Shown one piece after another: positions 1-15,008 of a stretch of 64,000 nucleotides of DNA. The stretch lies in the NCBI RefSeq assembly GCF_009914755.1, contig NC_060929.1; one strand, written 5' to 3'. This stretch comes from the human T2T-CHM13v2.0 reference genome, Homo sapiens. Under the pieces are notes generated by a model. It had not been told where the DNA came from, did not search any database, and saw only the letters and a list, made by a program, of their open reading frames with translations. A program made the translations under genes and the position numbers. How positions within the stretch are numbered: position 1 is the first letter of the stretch; every line of letters starts with the position of its first letter.

Positions 1-1699
1 AAAGTGTTCATGTTACAAAGCCACACAATGAAATGGAGGCTTTATAATAAAATCCACCTAAACATAACAATTAATTACAAAAGATGCATGGTATCATCTC
101 AGAAGACTTTAGCTATTTCCCAGTTGCATCTTATTAAGGAGCTAGCGAAAATAGACCTACAATATTTTCAAGGATAGTCTTTCTTGGATTCTGGTTCAGA
201 TTTCTTCTTTTTGATGAAATACAATTTTGTCTGATACCAGTCTGCTCAGAGATTTCTCTTTTATAGGCTATTTTCTGCATCTTAATCTCTGTTTATGAAC
301 TTATTTTATTCACAAGCTATGTTTATAAAAAAAAGTTTTTCAATTTGTTTCAATAGTCATGTGTTCCTGGTGAAAATCCCTACTGCTGTATTTTTCTTCA
401 TGTTGGATTATTACTCATTCTTACTTCTGTTTCTCTAAGGCCCTCCAGCATTTTCATGCAATCTGCTCATCCTTTGTTCATTCCATTTTTCTGTACAGCT
501 CTCATGTTTTGGGCTATACTGTGTTAATAGTCTTGTTCTCCCTCTGCTCTCTCTCTCTCTCTTTTTTTTTTTTGTCAGTGAAAATATATTCCCAAAGTAA
601 CATCTGAGCAGGGAATAAAAATGTCTCCCATTAAATGGAAATGTAAACATCATGATACCCTTTCTGTGCGCAATTGAACTACTTCCTTTCTCTTTGCAGA
701 CGTGTTTTCCCCTCTTTCTCACTATTCCAATTTACAGGATTATGTATCTAGCCATCTCACACCCAATATTGGGTAGAGAAGAGAGTAGCAGATTTATTTT
801 TTATTTTTTTGCCATTTGGAAGTTACATAAATACCAGCCTCAACAGTCCTCTCAGATCCATCCTTTTATCCTGATATTTTATAAATAGAAAAGGAGAAAA
901 CATTCTTTTCTAAATATTAACTATAAACATCTCACATGCAACAAAAAGTGACATTTATCTTGTTCATAGACATATTATTACTTTCAGTTCTGTATATGAC
1001 AGAGCTTGTTAACTTTATTTCATAGTGGTAATGATACTCTATTGTGATAACAGTACTAGTCAAAATGGAAGCAATCTACTGCCTTATCTCATATTAGTAT
1101 CTGTCCTTCCCATTATTTATAAACTGTTGGCTCGCTTTTCCTAATTATGTTAATAATATATATTATATCATTTCTCTCAGTACTTTCATCATGAATTTAG
1201 AGAGCATATACTGTAGAACATAAATAAATAAATACATAGATAAATAAATACTACAAAACTAGTTCACAGTGGAGTTTATTGCATTGCCCAAAGGTGAAAA
1301 AAGTATATATTTATTTTTAGAGAAAATTGCGGGAGAATCTCATTAAGAACTAATGGCCTAAATAATTTTTTGAAACCGTGTTTCCCAGTTTACATCTTCC
1401 ATGGGGTATCTGCAGTTCTCTGTTGCTAAGGGATCTTGAGCTGTGTCTCTGATATTTTAGAAGGACCATTTGCAATGACAGAGTCAGCTTGTTACAGTGT
1501 ATTAGCTAGCATCACATAGCAGCTAATTTAAAAGAACTAAGAGGCTTAGTGATATGTAATCAGCCAAGAATGTGTGGACTCTTGCTCGGAGAAGTTAGTT
1601 ATTTCATTATTTTTTCATCAGCTGTGATGACAAAGTAGTTGACTAGAGGAAGTATACTGGCCAATAAATAAAGAGCTGTAGACTTGGAACACCATTTTG

Positions 1700-2150
<451 letters not shown>

Positions 2151-2199
2151 TCCACAGCCAGAAAATGAACTCATGGAGCTATTCAGCTGCAAACATACA

Positions 2200-2674
2200 T
2201 TATCATTCAAGAAGAAAGTATGGCCCTGGGGGTGGCTCAGAGATTGGCAGGTGGCCACTACATCCACAGGCCGCCTACAGGGTGGGGTTGCATCAGGGGC
2301 TCAGATGGCAGAACCTCAACTCACAGAGGTTTATTTTCAGGTCTCTGAACCTGTTGGGTTTTGAACTTGTTTTGAGCCATCCAGAATGGATGGATCTATT
2401 CCTGGTCTATCCCATCCTTGTATTTGGGAGGTGGATAACTTGTTTTCTAGTTTCCAGGTAGAAAAAAAATTGGGGGACATTTGTCTTTGGATGGATCATA
2501 CTCAGATTCTCATCCATATTCAATTTAGATGATTAAATATGGAACTCTTTGAGATAGTGTTACTTAGATGAAATTTTGGACTTAGAGCAAAGACAAGATT
2601 GAATTAAGACTTTTGAAGATTTGGGGATGGTGCAAATATATTTTGCATGTGGAATGGACATAAACTTGGTAGAC
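2200..2674 (+). mobile_element. MaLR internal (MLT1-int) 3' part
   Basis: CATCCTTGTATTTGGGAGGTGGATAACTTG, TTTTGGACTT, TTAAGACTTTTG...GGGGATGG...ATATTTTGCATGTG motifs run directly into the MLT1C LTR. Confidence 0.7.
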
Positions 2675-3324
2675 TCTTATGGATTGAATAATGTTCCCCC
2701 AAATTCATCTATCCAAAATGTGAAAATGCGACTTCATTTAGAAATATGGTATTTCCCGATGTAATTAGTATTAGGGTAGAGGACACAGAGAGGGACACAG
2801 AGAGGAATGGCATATTAAGAAAGAAGTGGAATTATGTTGCCACAAGCCAAGAAATATCAGGAGCTACCAGAAGCTAGAAGAGGCAAGGAAGGATTTTCCC
2901 TTCTAGTCTTGGGAAGGGAGTATGGCCCTGCTGCCACTTTGATTTTGGACTTCTGGCTTTTAGAATTGTGAAAGAATACATTTTCTTTCTTTTTTTTTTT
3001 TTTTTGCAATCTTGTTTTTGAAATTAATTTTTATTTTCTTCACATTGTGTTGGATGATCAGAGGATTATAATTATTCCCTGCCCCAGGGGAGAGTATTGC
3101 AAAGGTACATAGGGCATGAACGTGGGGAGGGCAAGAAGCGTGCCCAAAGCGTGCTATAGCACAGTGTGTGTTCCACTCCTCATACAGCAATGAACTGGTG
3201 AAGGAGTTAAAATCTTAATGATTTCTAAATGATCAACAGTTTTAAAAAACATAAATATGCAGCATGAGAGCCTACATTTGTATTTTCTGGTACTTTGCTA
3301 CAGCAGCTCTAGGAAACTGATGTA
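2675..3324 (+). mobile_element. MLT1C LTR (MaLR), interrupted at about 2984-3272
   Basis: GCCACAAGCCAAG...CCAGAAGCTAGAAGAGGCAAGGAAGGATT...TGGCCCTGCTG...TTGATTTTGGACTTCTGG; LTR end CAGCAGCTCTAGGAAACTGATGTA resumes after the insert. Confidence 0.85.
2984..3272 (-). pseudogene. Orphan polyadenylated retro-insertion (processed 3' UTR fragment or orphan L1 transduction), source unknown
   Basis: T16 at 2990-3005 (minus-strand polyA); TTTATT at 3030-3035 (AATAAA about 25 nt before the tail); TACATTT on both sides (2977-2983, 3273-3279); splits an MLT1C LTR. Confidence 0.7.
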
Positions 3325-3867
3325 ACATATGATAACCAACACAACATGTAAATTTTTAAAAATTGTCACCAACACTATAAATATTATGAATGCATGTGAA
3401 AGTGAATTGTGATCCATATTTTCAATTTTGGAAATAGAAAAGTAATAACAATCGTTTTAACACTACACCAAAACTAACAACAGCAATAAGTGCTTTATTA
3501 ATATCAAATCACTTCATTTTTACAATAATTGCATTTGCAAAGTTCCTGTTGTTATCACCACATTTATAGATCAGGAAAACCTGTTTCAAAAGTAAAATTA
3601 ATTCACTGAGTTCAATAGCTTTTAACTTGCAGAGAGGAATGTGAAATCTTATACATCTGATGGAAAACTTACGGTCTTAAACTAAAAACTTGTGTTCATA
3701 ATTGACTATGATATAAGTCCAGTCATATATTCAAAGGATTTTGCCAACTAAATTTGAGACCATGTAATGTTATTGATTCCATAATTAGTAGCTATTTGTA
3801 TTTGCAAATGCTACCTCATATTATACATTTAGACTTTTATTATGAACTCTAGAATATCTAACCTATC

Positions 3868-4292
3868 TGTTACAAGTTGAATTGTGTCCTCAAAAATTCA
3901 TATGTTGAAGTCCTAATTCTTAGTACCTCAAAATATGACTTTATTTGGAAATAGTCTTATTTTTAGATGAAATTAGTTAATATGTGATCATTAGGGTAAG
4001 GGGAAATCTACTATGGTGTGTTTCTTTATAAAAGAGGGAATTCGGCCACGGAGGGAAGATGATATGAAAAAGTGCAGGGAGAAAGCAATCATCTAAAAAT
4101 CTAAGTGAGAGCCTAGAACACATTCTTCCCCCACAGCCCTCAGAGAGAGCCAGCCCTGCTAACACCTTGATTTAGGACTTCTAGCATCCATAACCCTGAG
4201 ACAATACATTTTTCTTGTATATACCAGATAATACATTTTTCTTGTGTACACTACAAAGTTTGCATTGCTTTTTACAGTCGCAAATTAATACA
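3868..4292 (+). mobile_element. MLT1B solo LTR
   Basis: TGTTACAAGTTGAATTGTGTCC...TTCATATGTTGAAGTCCTAA...CACAGCCCTCAGA...CCCTGCTAACACCTTGATTT...TAATACA. Confidence 0.85.
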
Positions 4293-4419
4293 ACACCCAT
4301 CATAATTTGCTGTTTGTCTTTAAATATTTATCATATAAGAAGAGGAAGAAAATATGACATTATGTGCTTTGCCTAATCATTGACCTACACTCAGGTCAGT
4401 GTCTGTTTTGGCACTGTAG

Positions 4420-4879
<460 letters not shown>

Positions 4880-5329
4880 AAGTTTTCTCATTTATGCTGT
4901 TATCTCTTGAGAATTTTTTTTTAATCTCTATTATGCTCCATTCAATTTTCTTTACACTTTCTTTTAAATGTTTCTTTTCTCAATCTAGCCCATGGTACCA
5001 TATTGCTTCAATAAAGTTTTGCAACCATTTTCAGCTATGGTACTTATTTGTCTTCCAGTAACTAATCAAGTGATTGCACACTCTAGATACTTAGAAATGT
5101 TTTGGTTTATGATAATCATTATAACTGCAGATGTTTAAGTCAAATTCATGAAGTATAATCAGCAAGATATTTTATTTTATTTTTCTCTCCTATCCATTCA
5201 AATAAGTTCTGAGGGTTGAATGCATTCTTTCTCTGTAACTGGATAAAACATCAGGCCAGCCCCACTTAATTACCATTTAAGAAAATATCCTCCAGGTACT
5301 TTTAGAAAACAATTATTATAATTGCATAC

Positions 5330-5450
5330 ATCTATTTAGCAAATTTTTGTGGAATACTAATATTTAGTAGATATGGCTCTGGACACTTGAACACATCCAT
5401 GATTAAACAGATATAAATCCCTCTCCTTGGGAAACTTGAATATTTATGGA
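5330..5450 (-). mobile_element. L2 3' end fragment
   Basis: Degenerate match to the reverse-complement L2 tail (ATTTAGCAAAT...GGACACTTGAACACATCCATGATTAAACAGATATAAATCCCT). Confidence 0.5.
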
Positions 5451-5489
5451 GTGGATTTTGAAGGTTTTTCCAAAATAAGGCTATACTTG

Positions 5490-8400
5490 ACTACTTGAGT
5501 AAGGTTCCTGGAGGAATAAATGACTCATGACTTACGCATGTCCTTTGATCAGTTTTCTCTCCAATGGGAGTCATTAAATTAAATAAAAGTATGAATATGG
5601 TTCTCAATTTTAAGTACAGTGATCAGTGACACAAGCTTGGCTTTAGGAGACTTTCTGGTCAGTCTGAACTCATTGTCCATGTTTGTTATGGGTGATGGGA
5701 TTGCCCTACAGGTGCTTATTGCAGGTAAATGAAGAGGAGTCTATGCAATCATTAATATCTCCTGCTTTATCTGGATTAATGCCTTGAACCAAGTAAAATG
5801 GTCAATACAGATACATGAGAATAAAGTCACTTGACATACTAAGGTAGAGCCTAATGGTTTATAGGATTAGCTGAGCTGGTTGGGGGTAGTAAATATAAAC
5901 TGGATAGTTCAGGTAAGTACTGTAGATTTATCATATCTTGCTGTTTGAAGTCCAGTTGGTAGTAACTTTATTTACGCATGTTATGAGACAGCTTGTATGA
6001 GTTTGGTTTGAGCCCCCATCAGTCTAATTAATTAGTCAGTCATCAATTGACCGGTACATTCACACACACACACAAAGTCCAGAAATCAAGATGGTATAGA
6101 AATAAAGGATGGTTTTGTATTTTTATTGCTGAAATCATTGATTTCATTCGATCCAGCCATATTTTCTTTTGACTAGGCTATGGGAATTGTGGCTCTTTTG
6201 CCCTAACAACATTCCTTTTTCTCATCAGAGGAGAGTAAGTAACAGCCAAGTCACTAGGAGGGGGCCTTGTTTCAATCCTACTTCTAGCCACTCAGCCTCA
6301 AAGCATTCAGTAACTGTCAGAATAGTAGGGGACTGTTACACCTTTCCCTCTCCTACCACTAGGTGAGAACGTTTCCTACCAGATTCCAGGAAGTCTTCTT
6401 CGTATATCATGATATCATATTTTACACGGTTTTTGGACACAAGGTCATCCAACCTGAAGTGCAGTGGCACAATCATGGCTCACTGCCGTCTTGACTCTCT
6501 GGACTCAAGCCATCCTCCCACCTCAGCCTCTCAAGTAGGTAGGACTACAGATACTCACCACCATGCCTGGCTAATGTTTTCTATTTTGTGTAGAGACGGG
6601 GTCTCATTTTGTTGCCCAGGCTGGTCTCCGATTCCTGGGTTTAAGCCATCCTCCTGCCTCAGTCTCCTAAAGTGCTGGGATTACAGGCATGAGCCACTAT
6701 GCCCAGCCCATATTTCAAACAAACATTGATCCACAAGGTTCTTATCCTTCCTCTTCCAGAGACTTGTCTCTGACAACATTCCGTCTTCCACCAAAACTTT
6801 CAAGACCCTGTGAAAGGTCTGAAATTGTATCTTACTTTGCAAGGCGAACATTAGAAAATGCTAGGCTGCCAGACTTGCATGGATTCTGGAAGATGACATG
6901 AGACTCCAGGGTCGTATATACAGGATGTTGATACTCATGACAGAGAAGGCAGCCCATGTGCCCTAGGGATAACACATAAAAACATAGATGGATTCTGTGC
7001 AGGCAGTGAGTTTGTACCACATCGGAGGAAACTTTGAGCCTAAGCACTCAAACCTTTTACAATAGTGCTGTCCTTTGTTCTCGATGGGGGCATTATTTTT
7101 CTTATACTGAGCAGTAAACAAGCTTGCCCTTTTCTGTTGAAGGGAAACACTCTTTCTGTATTCCAAGGCTATTTTGTATACAAACAGTATTGAAAAGCTA
7201 GTCTGTAATAAAGGCTGTCAGAGTCTCTGGATGCAAGAAGCACAAAAACATGAGTGATCCTTGAAAAAAAATGTCCCACCACAGATATACTAGCAAGCAC
7301 TTGTTCACTTCATCCTTAGAAATATCACTGAAGAGATAATTCTCTGAATTTTTAGAGGGTTTATCTCTCACCCTCTGAAGTCCAGTTGTCTTGTGAAGTT
7401 CTCCAATGTAGGAGCAACCTTTTATTCATTCTGTCCAATAGTGTGATGTCATCGATACAATAAAACAAGGTGATGTTCTGGGAGATGTCCAAACCACCCA
7501 GCTAGCTTTGGATTATGTTATGACAGATGGCAAGACATATTACATAGCTCTAAAACAAAACTGTAAATGAAGATTTTTCTGCAGCTCATGTAAATGTAAA
7601 CTGTCTCTGATTCACTTTTCTCATGAGAATAGAAAATAATATATTCATGACATCAATGCTTGCATGTTACATACCCAAGGATTTATGAATATGCTTCAGC
7701 AATAATAGCACTCTGCACAGCAACTGCAACCAGTTCTGCTTGTGAAGTCTGCTGTAAGCTGCAGTTCTTCTCTGAGATCCATTCAGTGTGTGTGCAGGCC
7801 AATCTTGTGAATTAGATGGATAGATGATAGGAATGATCCCCAGTGACCACTGTAGGCCTTCAGTGTTACTAATCTTTGTGGTTTCCCTTGGATACAATAT
7901 TGGTTTTTAATATAGAACCTGGACTAGAGTAGGGGACAGTTTTAGAATTTTGCATATAGGCTTCTTCACTATGAGAACACTTCCCTTAAAGGGCAGGGAC
8001 CAGATGTGTTTTTGTTTTTTTCGAACTGCCAAGAAGACAAATTCAAGTATGCATTCAGAGACCTGAGAAATGACCTCTGTGTTATTCTCACCCCATGTTT
8101 GGTTCCTCTGTGATCTGGAAGTTAGCCAGGAGTTTATTACCTGACTCATGAAAACCCCCTCTCTATAAAGGGCTCAGAGTGATTCTTTGGGGCTCCTGGT
8201 GTCATGGCCAACTTAGGGACTCTGTACAGTGCAAAATCACTTGAGTAAATGGTTTATAGATCTCCATGGGGAAAGACTAGGATAATGATGCCAGTATATA
8301 TTTGCCACAATGTTATAGGAACCCATCTTAGAAAGGGCTCCTTAGGCAAATCTTTCTGGATTGTGAAATTGGCTCACGTCTGGGAAATAAGCCAGGGAAC

Positions 8401-9950
8401 ATAACTCTTTATGGGAACAACCACCTTCTGCTTCTTGCTCATCTGTTTTTGTCTTTTGGGGGTATATATGTCAAACAACATCCTGTTGGTTGCATGTTTT
8501 GTACTTGGAGCATCATGCTCTGTTAACTATCACCAAACTCAGTGAGGATCAAAGCTCCTCAGCTCCCTTTCAATCCTGCTAGTCATTATGCTAATTAAAG
8601 CTTCCTGGTTTCTTCTGGTTAAGCACTGCCATCTGGCCTCTAGTACTCTGGGGCTCATCATTCCCATGGATATTAATGAGCCCTGATCTGCGATTGTGTG
8701 ATCGTTTTTCCCACCATCAGCCCTGCTCTTCAGAGAACCACGACTGAACTTCTTCATGAAGCAGGTGTCCCTCTCATCAATACATTCCTAACAGTGTGTC
8801 TGTGGGCTGTCCTAGGTGGGTAGAATTCTCTGGTGGGTCTTCTGGCCTTACATAATAGCAATCCTGAATACTTCTCCTAGGCCTCTGTATCCCTTTCTTA
8901 ACCAGAGCAAATGCTGGAATTTCCACTGTATTAAATATCGACCATCATTTTCCAGGCTTTCAAGGGCCAATCCAGCAGTGACTTTTCCGTTTGCCTGTGG
9001 TCCTGGCCAGGGTATTTAATCCAATGTGCTGAGAAAATTATTTTTCTAGTGTTACATTCCAATAGGCTGCTTGATAAAACATCCTCAAAATCCAGTTTTA
9101 GAGAGAATTGTCTGGCTCTTACTAGTATCTACAAGCTAATTCTTGCAACTGCATCAGTGTATGGCCTATTTCCAAACTTTTCAGTGCCAGCACGTCAACA
9201 GATAGTGTATGCTGTGATGTGATATTAACCATTGTCCTGGCAGACAGAAGAAGCGAGAGCAGTTTCTGAGGGTGCTATTCTTGCCTTGTCTGGGAAAGGT
9301 CTCTACAGCATCTTTCAGAACAGCAGAAATTCTATTTGGTAATAAGGAAGCATGGACCAACTCTTCAAGCTCTCACATTTCATGGGTGCCTGCACATATA
9401 ATATACCCAAGGGAGTCCCTTGAGATATCCCAATCTATGTTTCCAGGTATGGGACTTTCCCAGCCAGAACCCTGACCTTGCGAAACTGATCTGCCTGGTT
9501 GAGCACTTCAACATCTCTGGAATTGTGTGCCTATAAAGATCAATTATTTTTGATTAGCTTAAAAATCAGCTGTGGCTACTCTTTCACTACAGGAAAAGAG
9601 GGCCTTTTTGTAAACTACGTAAGTGGCCTGGCTCTCACACCTCGTTATTGGCAGTTTCTTAGCCACTTTACCCTAGGGGTGTTAATTCCCTACACTTCTG
9701 GGTTGGTCATATGTGGCTACCCAGTGCGTTTCTTGTTGCTTAACAGCAACAGGGCGATACTAGTATAGTGGAAGTCTGAAACATGGGGTTGTTGATTGAT
9801 GCTAGCATGAAACTGGCCACTATTAAGGATGCTGGGCAGTGCCACATACAAATTTGACCACTCTAAAGCTGGGATGGATGTAGCTGAGCATGTCCAAAGT
9901 GATTCAATAATGTTCCTATTACAGAGTTCCCTTAAAATCAAACATCAAAT
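5490..9950 (-). mobile_element. Decayed ERV-L internal region (gag-pro-RT-RNase H; HERV16/ERV3-16A3-like)
   Basis: Minus-strand peptides resemble ERV-L proteins: GSLISMGMMSPR (8539-8757, gag); GIIPIIYPSNSQDWP...SQRRTAAYSRL (7667-7897, cf. RT GVVIPTTSPFNSPIWP...SWRMTVDYRKL); TDGGS near 6010-6030 (RNase H). Many stops and frameshifts; no flanking LTR recognised. Confidence 0.75.
6430..6708 (-). mobile_element. AluJ-like SINE inserted in ERV-L pol
   Basis: AluJ-type CTCAAGCCATCCTCCCACCTCAGCC and GTCTCATTTTGTTGCCCAGG; highly diverged. Confidence 0.92.
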
Positions 9951-10799
9951 TGCATAAAATAGTTAATTCCATTGACCATAGTTTAATACACTTCATTTTC
10001 TCCCATCCGGTAACCAAAAGCACAGTTATTGTGATACATCACAATCAAATTGAGAACATTCCTCCGTGGATTTAAGCTGAGACTAATTATATCACATGGT
10101 TTGTTTTTGATAAACAAGCTCAAATATTAAAAAAAAATCTTAAGTCCATGAGAATTAATTTAGGTTGGATTTTTTAAATCACCCCCTCAGGTTTACTTTG
10201 AAATATTTCTAATTCTTCCAACTCAGTTGTGAATGAAGAATGACCTACATCACTTTTTTTTTTTTCTAATAAGAGGTAGTAGAAATAGAACAGCATGTTC
10301 AGTCTGAAAATAAGCAGCCTGGCTTGTCTGAGTATATTTATAGCTGGTATATTATCTTTTGCTCTTTATGCTCAAAAGACTAGGGTTCAATGTATTTGAA
10401 GGAGAAAAAAGTGGAGCTACCCTGGGAAGTAAAACTGTTAAGAGCAATGGACTTTCACACCATGAAGCGGCACAAAAGACATACATATTGAGACCTATCA
10501 AATGTGCCTTTAACTTCTGCATAGCGGGTAGTGGGGTTACAGAGAAACAATAAGGCAGTTCAGAGAGTAGCCTGAGAACAAGGCCAGGCAATCAAGTATG
10601 CAATGATAGAGCTCATACTAGTCCCAGACAATTTCACGCTGCAGGTGGAATGAGGTCTAAGAGATGAAAGCACTTAAGAAGAAAAGATGAGAAAAGGAAA
10701 GATGAGGAAAGCAAGCATTCTTAAATTCTGCAAGATACCATACACTTTATTTGATTTTAAAACATCATGTACATTTTTACACCCATGATCACACATTTA

Positions 10800-13372
<2,573 letters not shown>

Positions 13373-14062
13373 AAAATACATTTTGTAAATCTAAATATCT
13401 TAAAGTGTGAGTTAAAGCCAGATACCTCAAAATCCAAATGACTGAAAATCAAATGCAATACCGTGAATGAAGAAATAAATTTAGCAGCATATGCTTTATC
13501 TCTATCATTTTTGACTTGTGTAAAATAAAAATACAAGTGAATAAAAAGGTATAAAGAGAAAATCAAAGTAGGGAGCAAATAAACCCAAAATAAACCTGAT
13601 CCAAACTTAATTGAACATTTTTGTTTGCCTTTGCTTGGACATGAGATGAAAAACCTATGTTAACACAGTTATTGTTTAACTTTTTAAAATAAATAATGGT
13701 CTGTTATCTATGTCACAGAATGTTAGCTATGCAAAACTCAGTATTCTCCTAGATTTTATGTTGCTTCCATAAGAATTGATAGAGTAAGAAAATATTAAGA
13801 AAGACTTGCATTGAATGTTGTAACTCATGCAGTGGTTAATGTCATAAGCCATCATAGAAGGGGCATTGTTTTAAAAAAAAAGAGAGAAACACAGAGAGAT
13901 AACCAAAGTAACAAGAGAGCCAAGGAGAAATATGCACAAACAAAAGTGAGAAAAAAATTTAACAATGTTTTTAAAAAATTAATAACATAAACAATTAAGT
14001 TGTGATGTATATCTGTTGGTTAATGATTCTTGAATTGGATAAAGTAGAAAATGTCCCCTAGA

Positions 14063-14271
14063 GCATTCCTACTAATAGAAATTTATACACTGAATGGAGA
14101 TATTCTGTGCTGTCTATGATGGTATCCACAGGTTACAAGTGGCTATTGAACACTTAAAATAGTTATAATGTTACTGAGGAATATAATTTTTAATTTTACT
14201 TAATTATAAAATTATAAATGCACATTTACATAGCCAGATAGGATTAGTGGCCACCATATTAGACAACACAA
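14063..14271. mobile_element. MER3 (hAT-Charlie MITE)
   Basis: AATAGAAATTT...GTGGCTATTGAACACTTAAAAT...GTTACTGAGGAA...AGTGGCCACCATATTAGACA; CTAGA target-like motifs on both flanks. Confidence 0.75.
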
Positions 14272-15008
14272 CACTAGAACACCTGCTTTTGAGAAAAAAA
14301 GAATTGATTGTAAAGTAAAGCTTTAAAAAGCTCTATGTAAAAGCAAGAGATTTATAAAATCCAAGAGTATGTCAGTTTAATGTAAATTAAGATTTAAAGC
14401 AATAATCAAAGCATATAAGCTTGTTCTTTGTGGATAATCATTCTTCTATTGTTCAAATTTGTCTTGAATTTTAAATGTTTTCTTTAGCAAATGGTCACAA
14501 CCTAAACTAGCAAAAGACACAAAACTCTGTGATTCAAATTACCAAAGCATCACCAATAAGTAAGCAAAATAAGCAAATATGAGACAAAAATGCATTAAAC
14601 AAAAATAATTGCTTAAATTATTATTTGTGGGTTGAACATATAATTAAAATTAGAAAAATTCTTTAAGATATCAGGGGTAACTCTGTCTTGAGGAACTGAT
14701 ACAGCAATGTTGAGATTGGATTGGGTATAAGAATATTGAAAATTGAATAATCTACTGTGTTACTTTATATTCTACCTTGCTATGGTTTGAAATTGTCCTA
14801 AGGTTCATGACAATAAATATCCTCAAACTATGCTTTATTTGATGCCACTTCCCTGTTTAAATAATGAAGGTTTGGGAATTTAGCTTGGCATTTACCAATT
14901 TATTGAATTACATCAGCAAATGAATTAGAATTAACTCTTATTTATCAAAGGATAAGCAGAGATTATTCAATTAATCCATATAAATGCTAAATTTTGAATC
15001 TTTCCATG

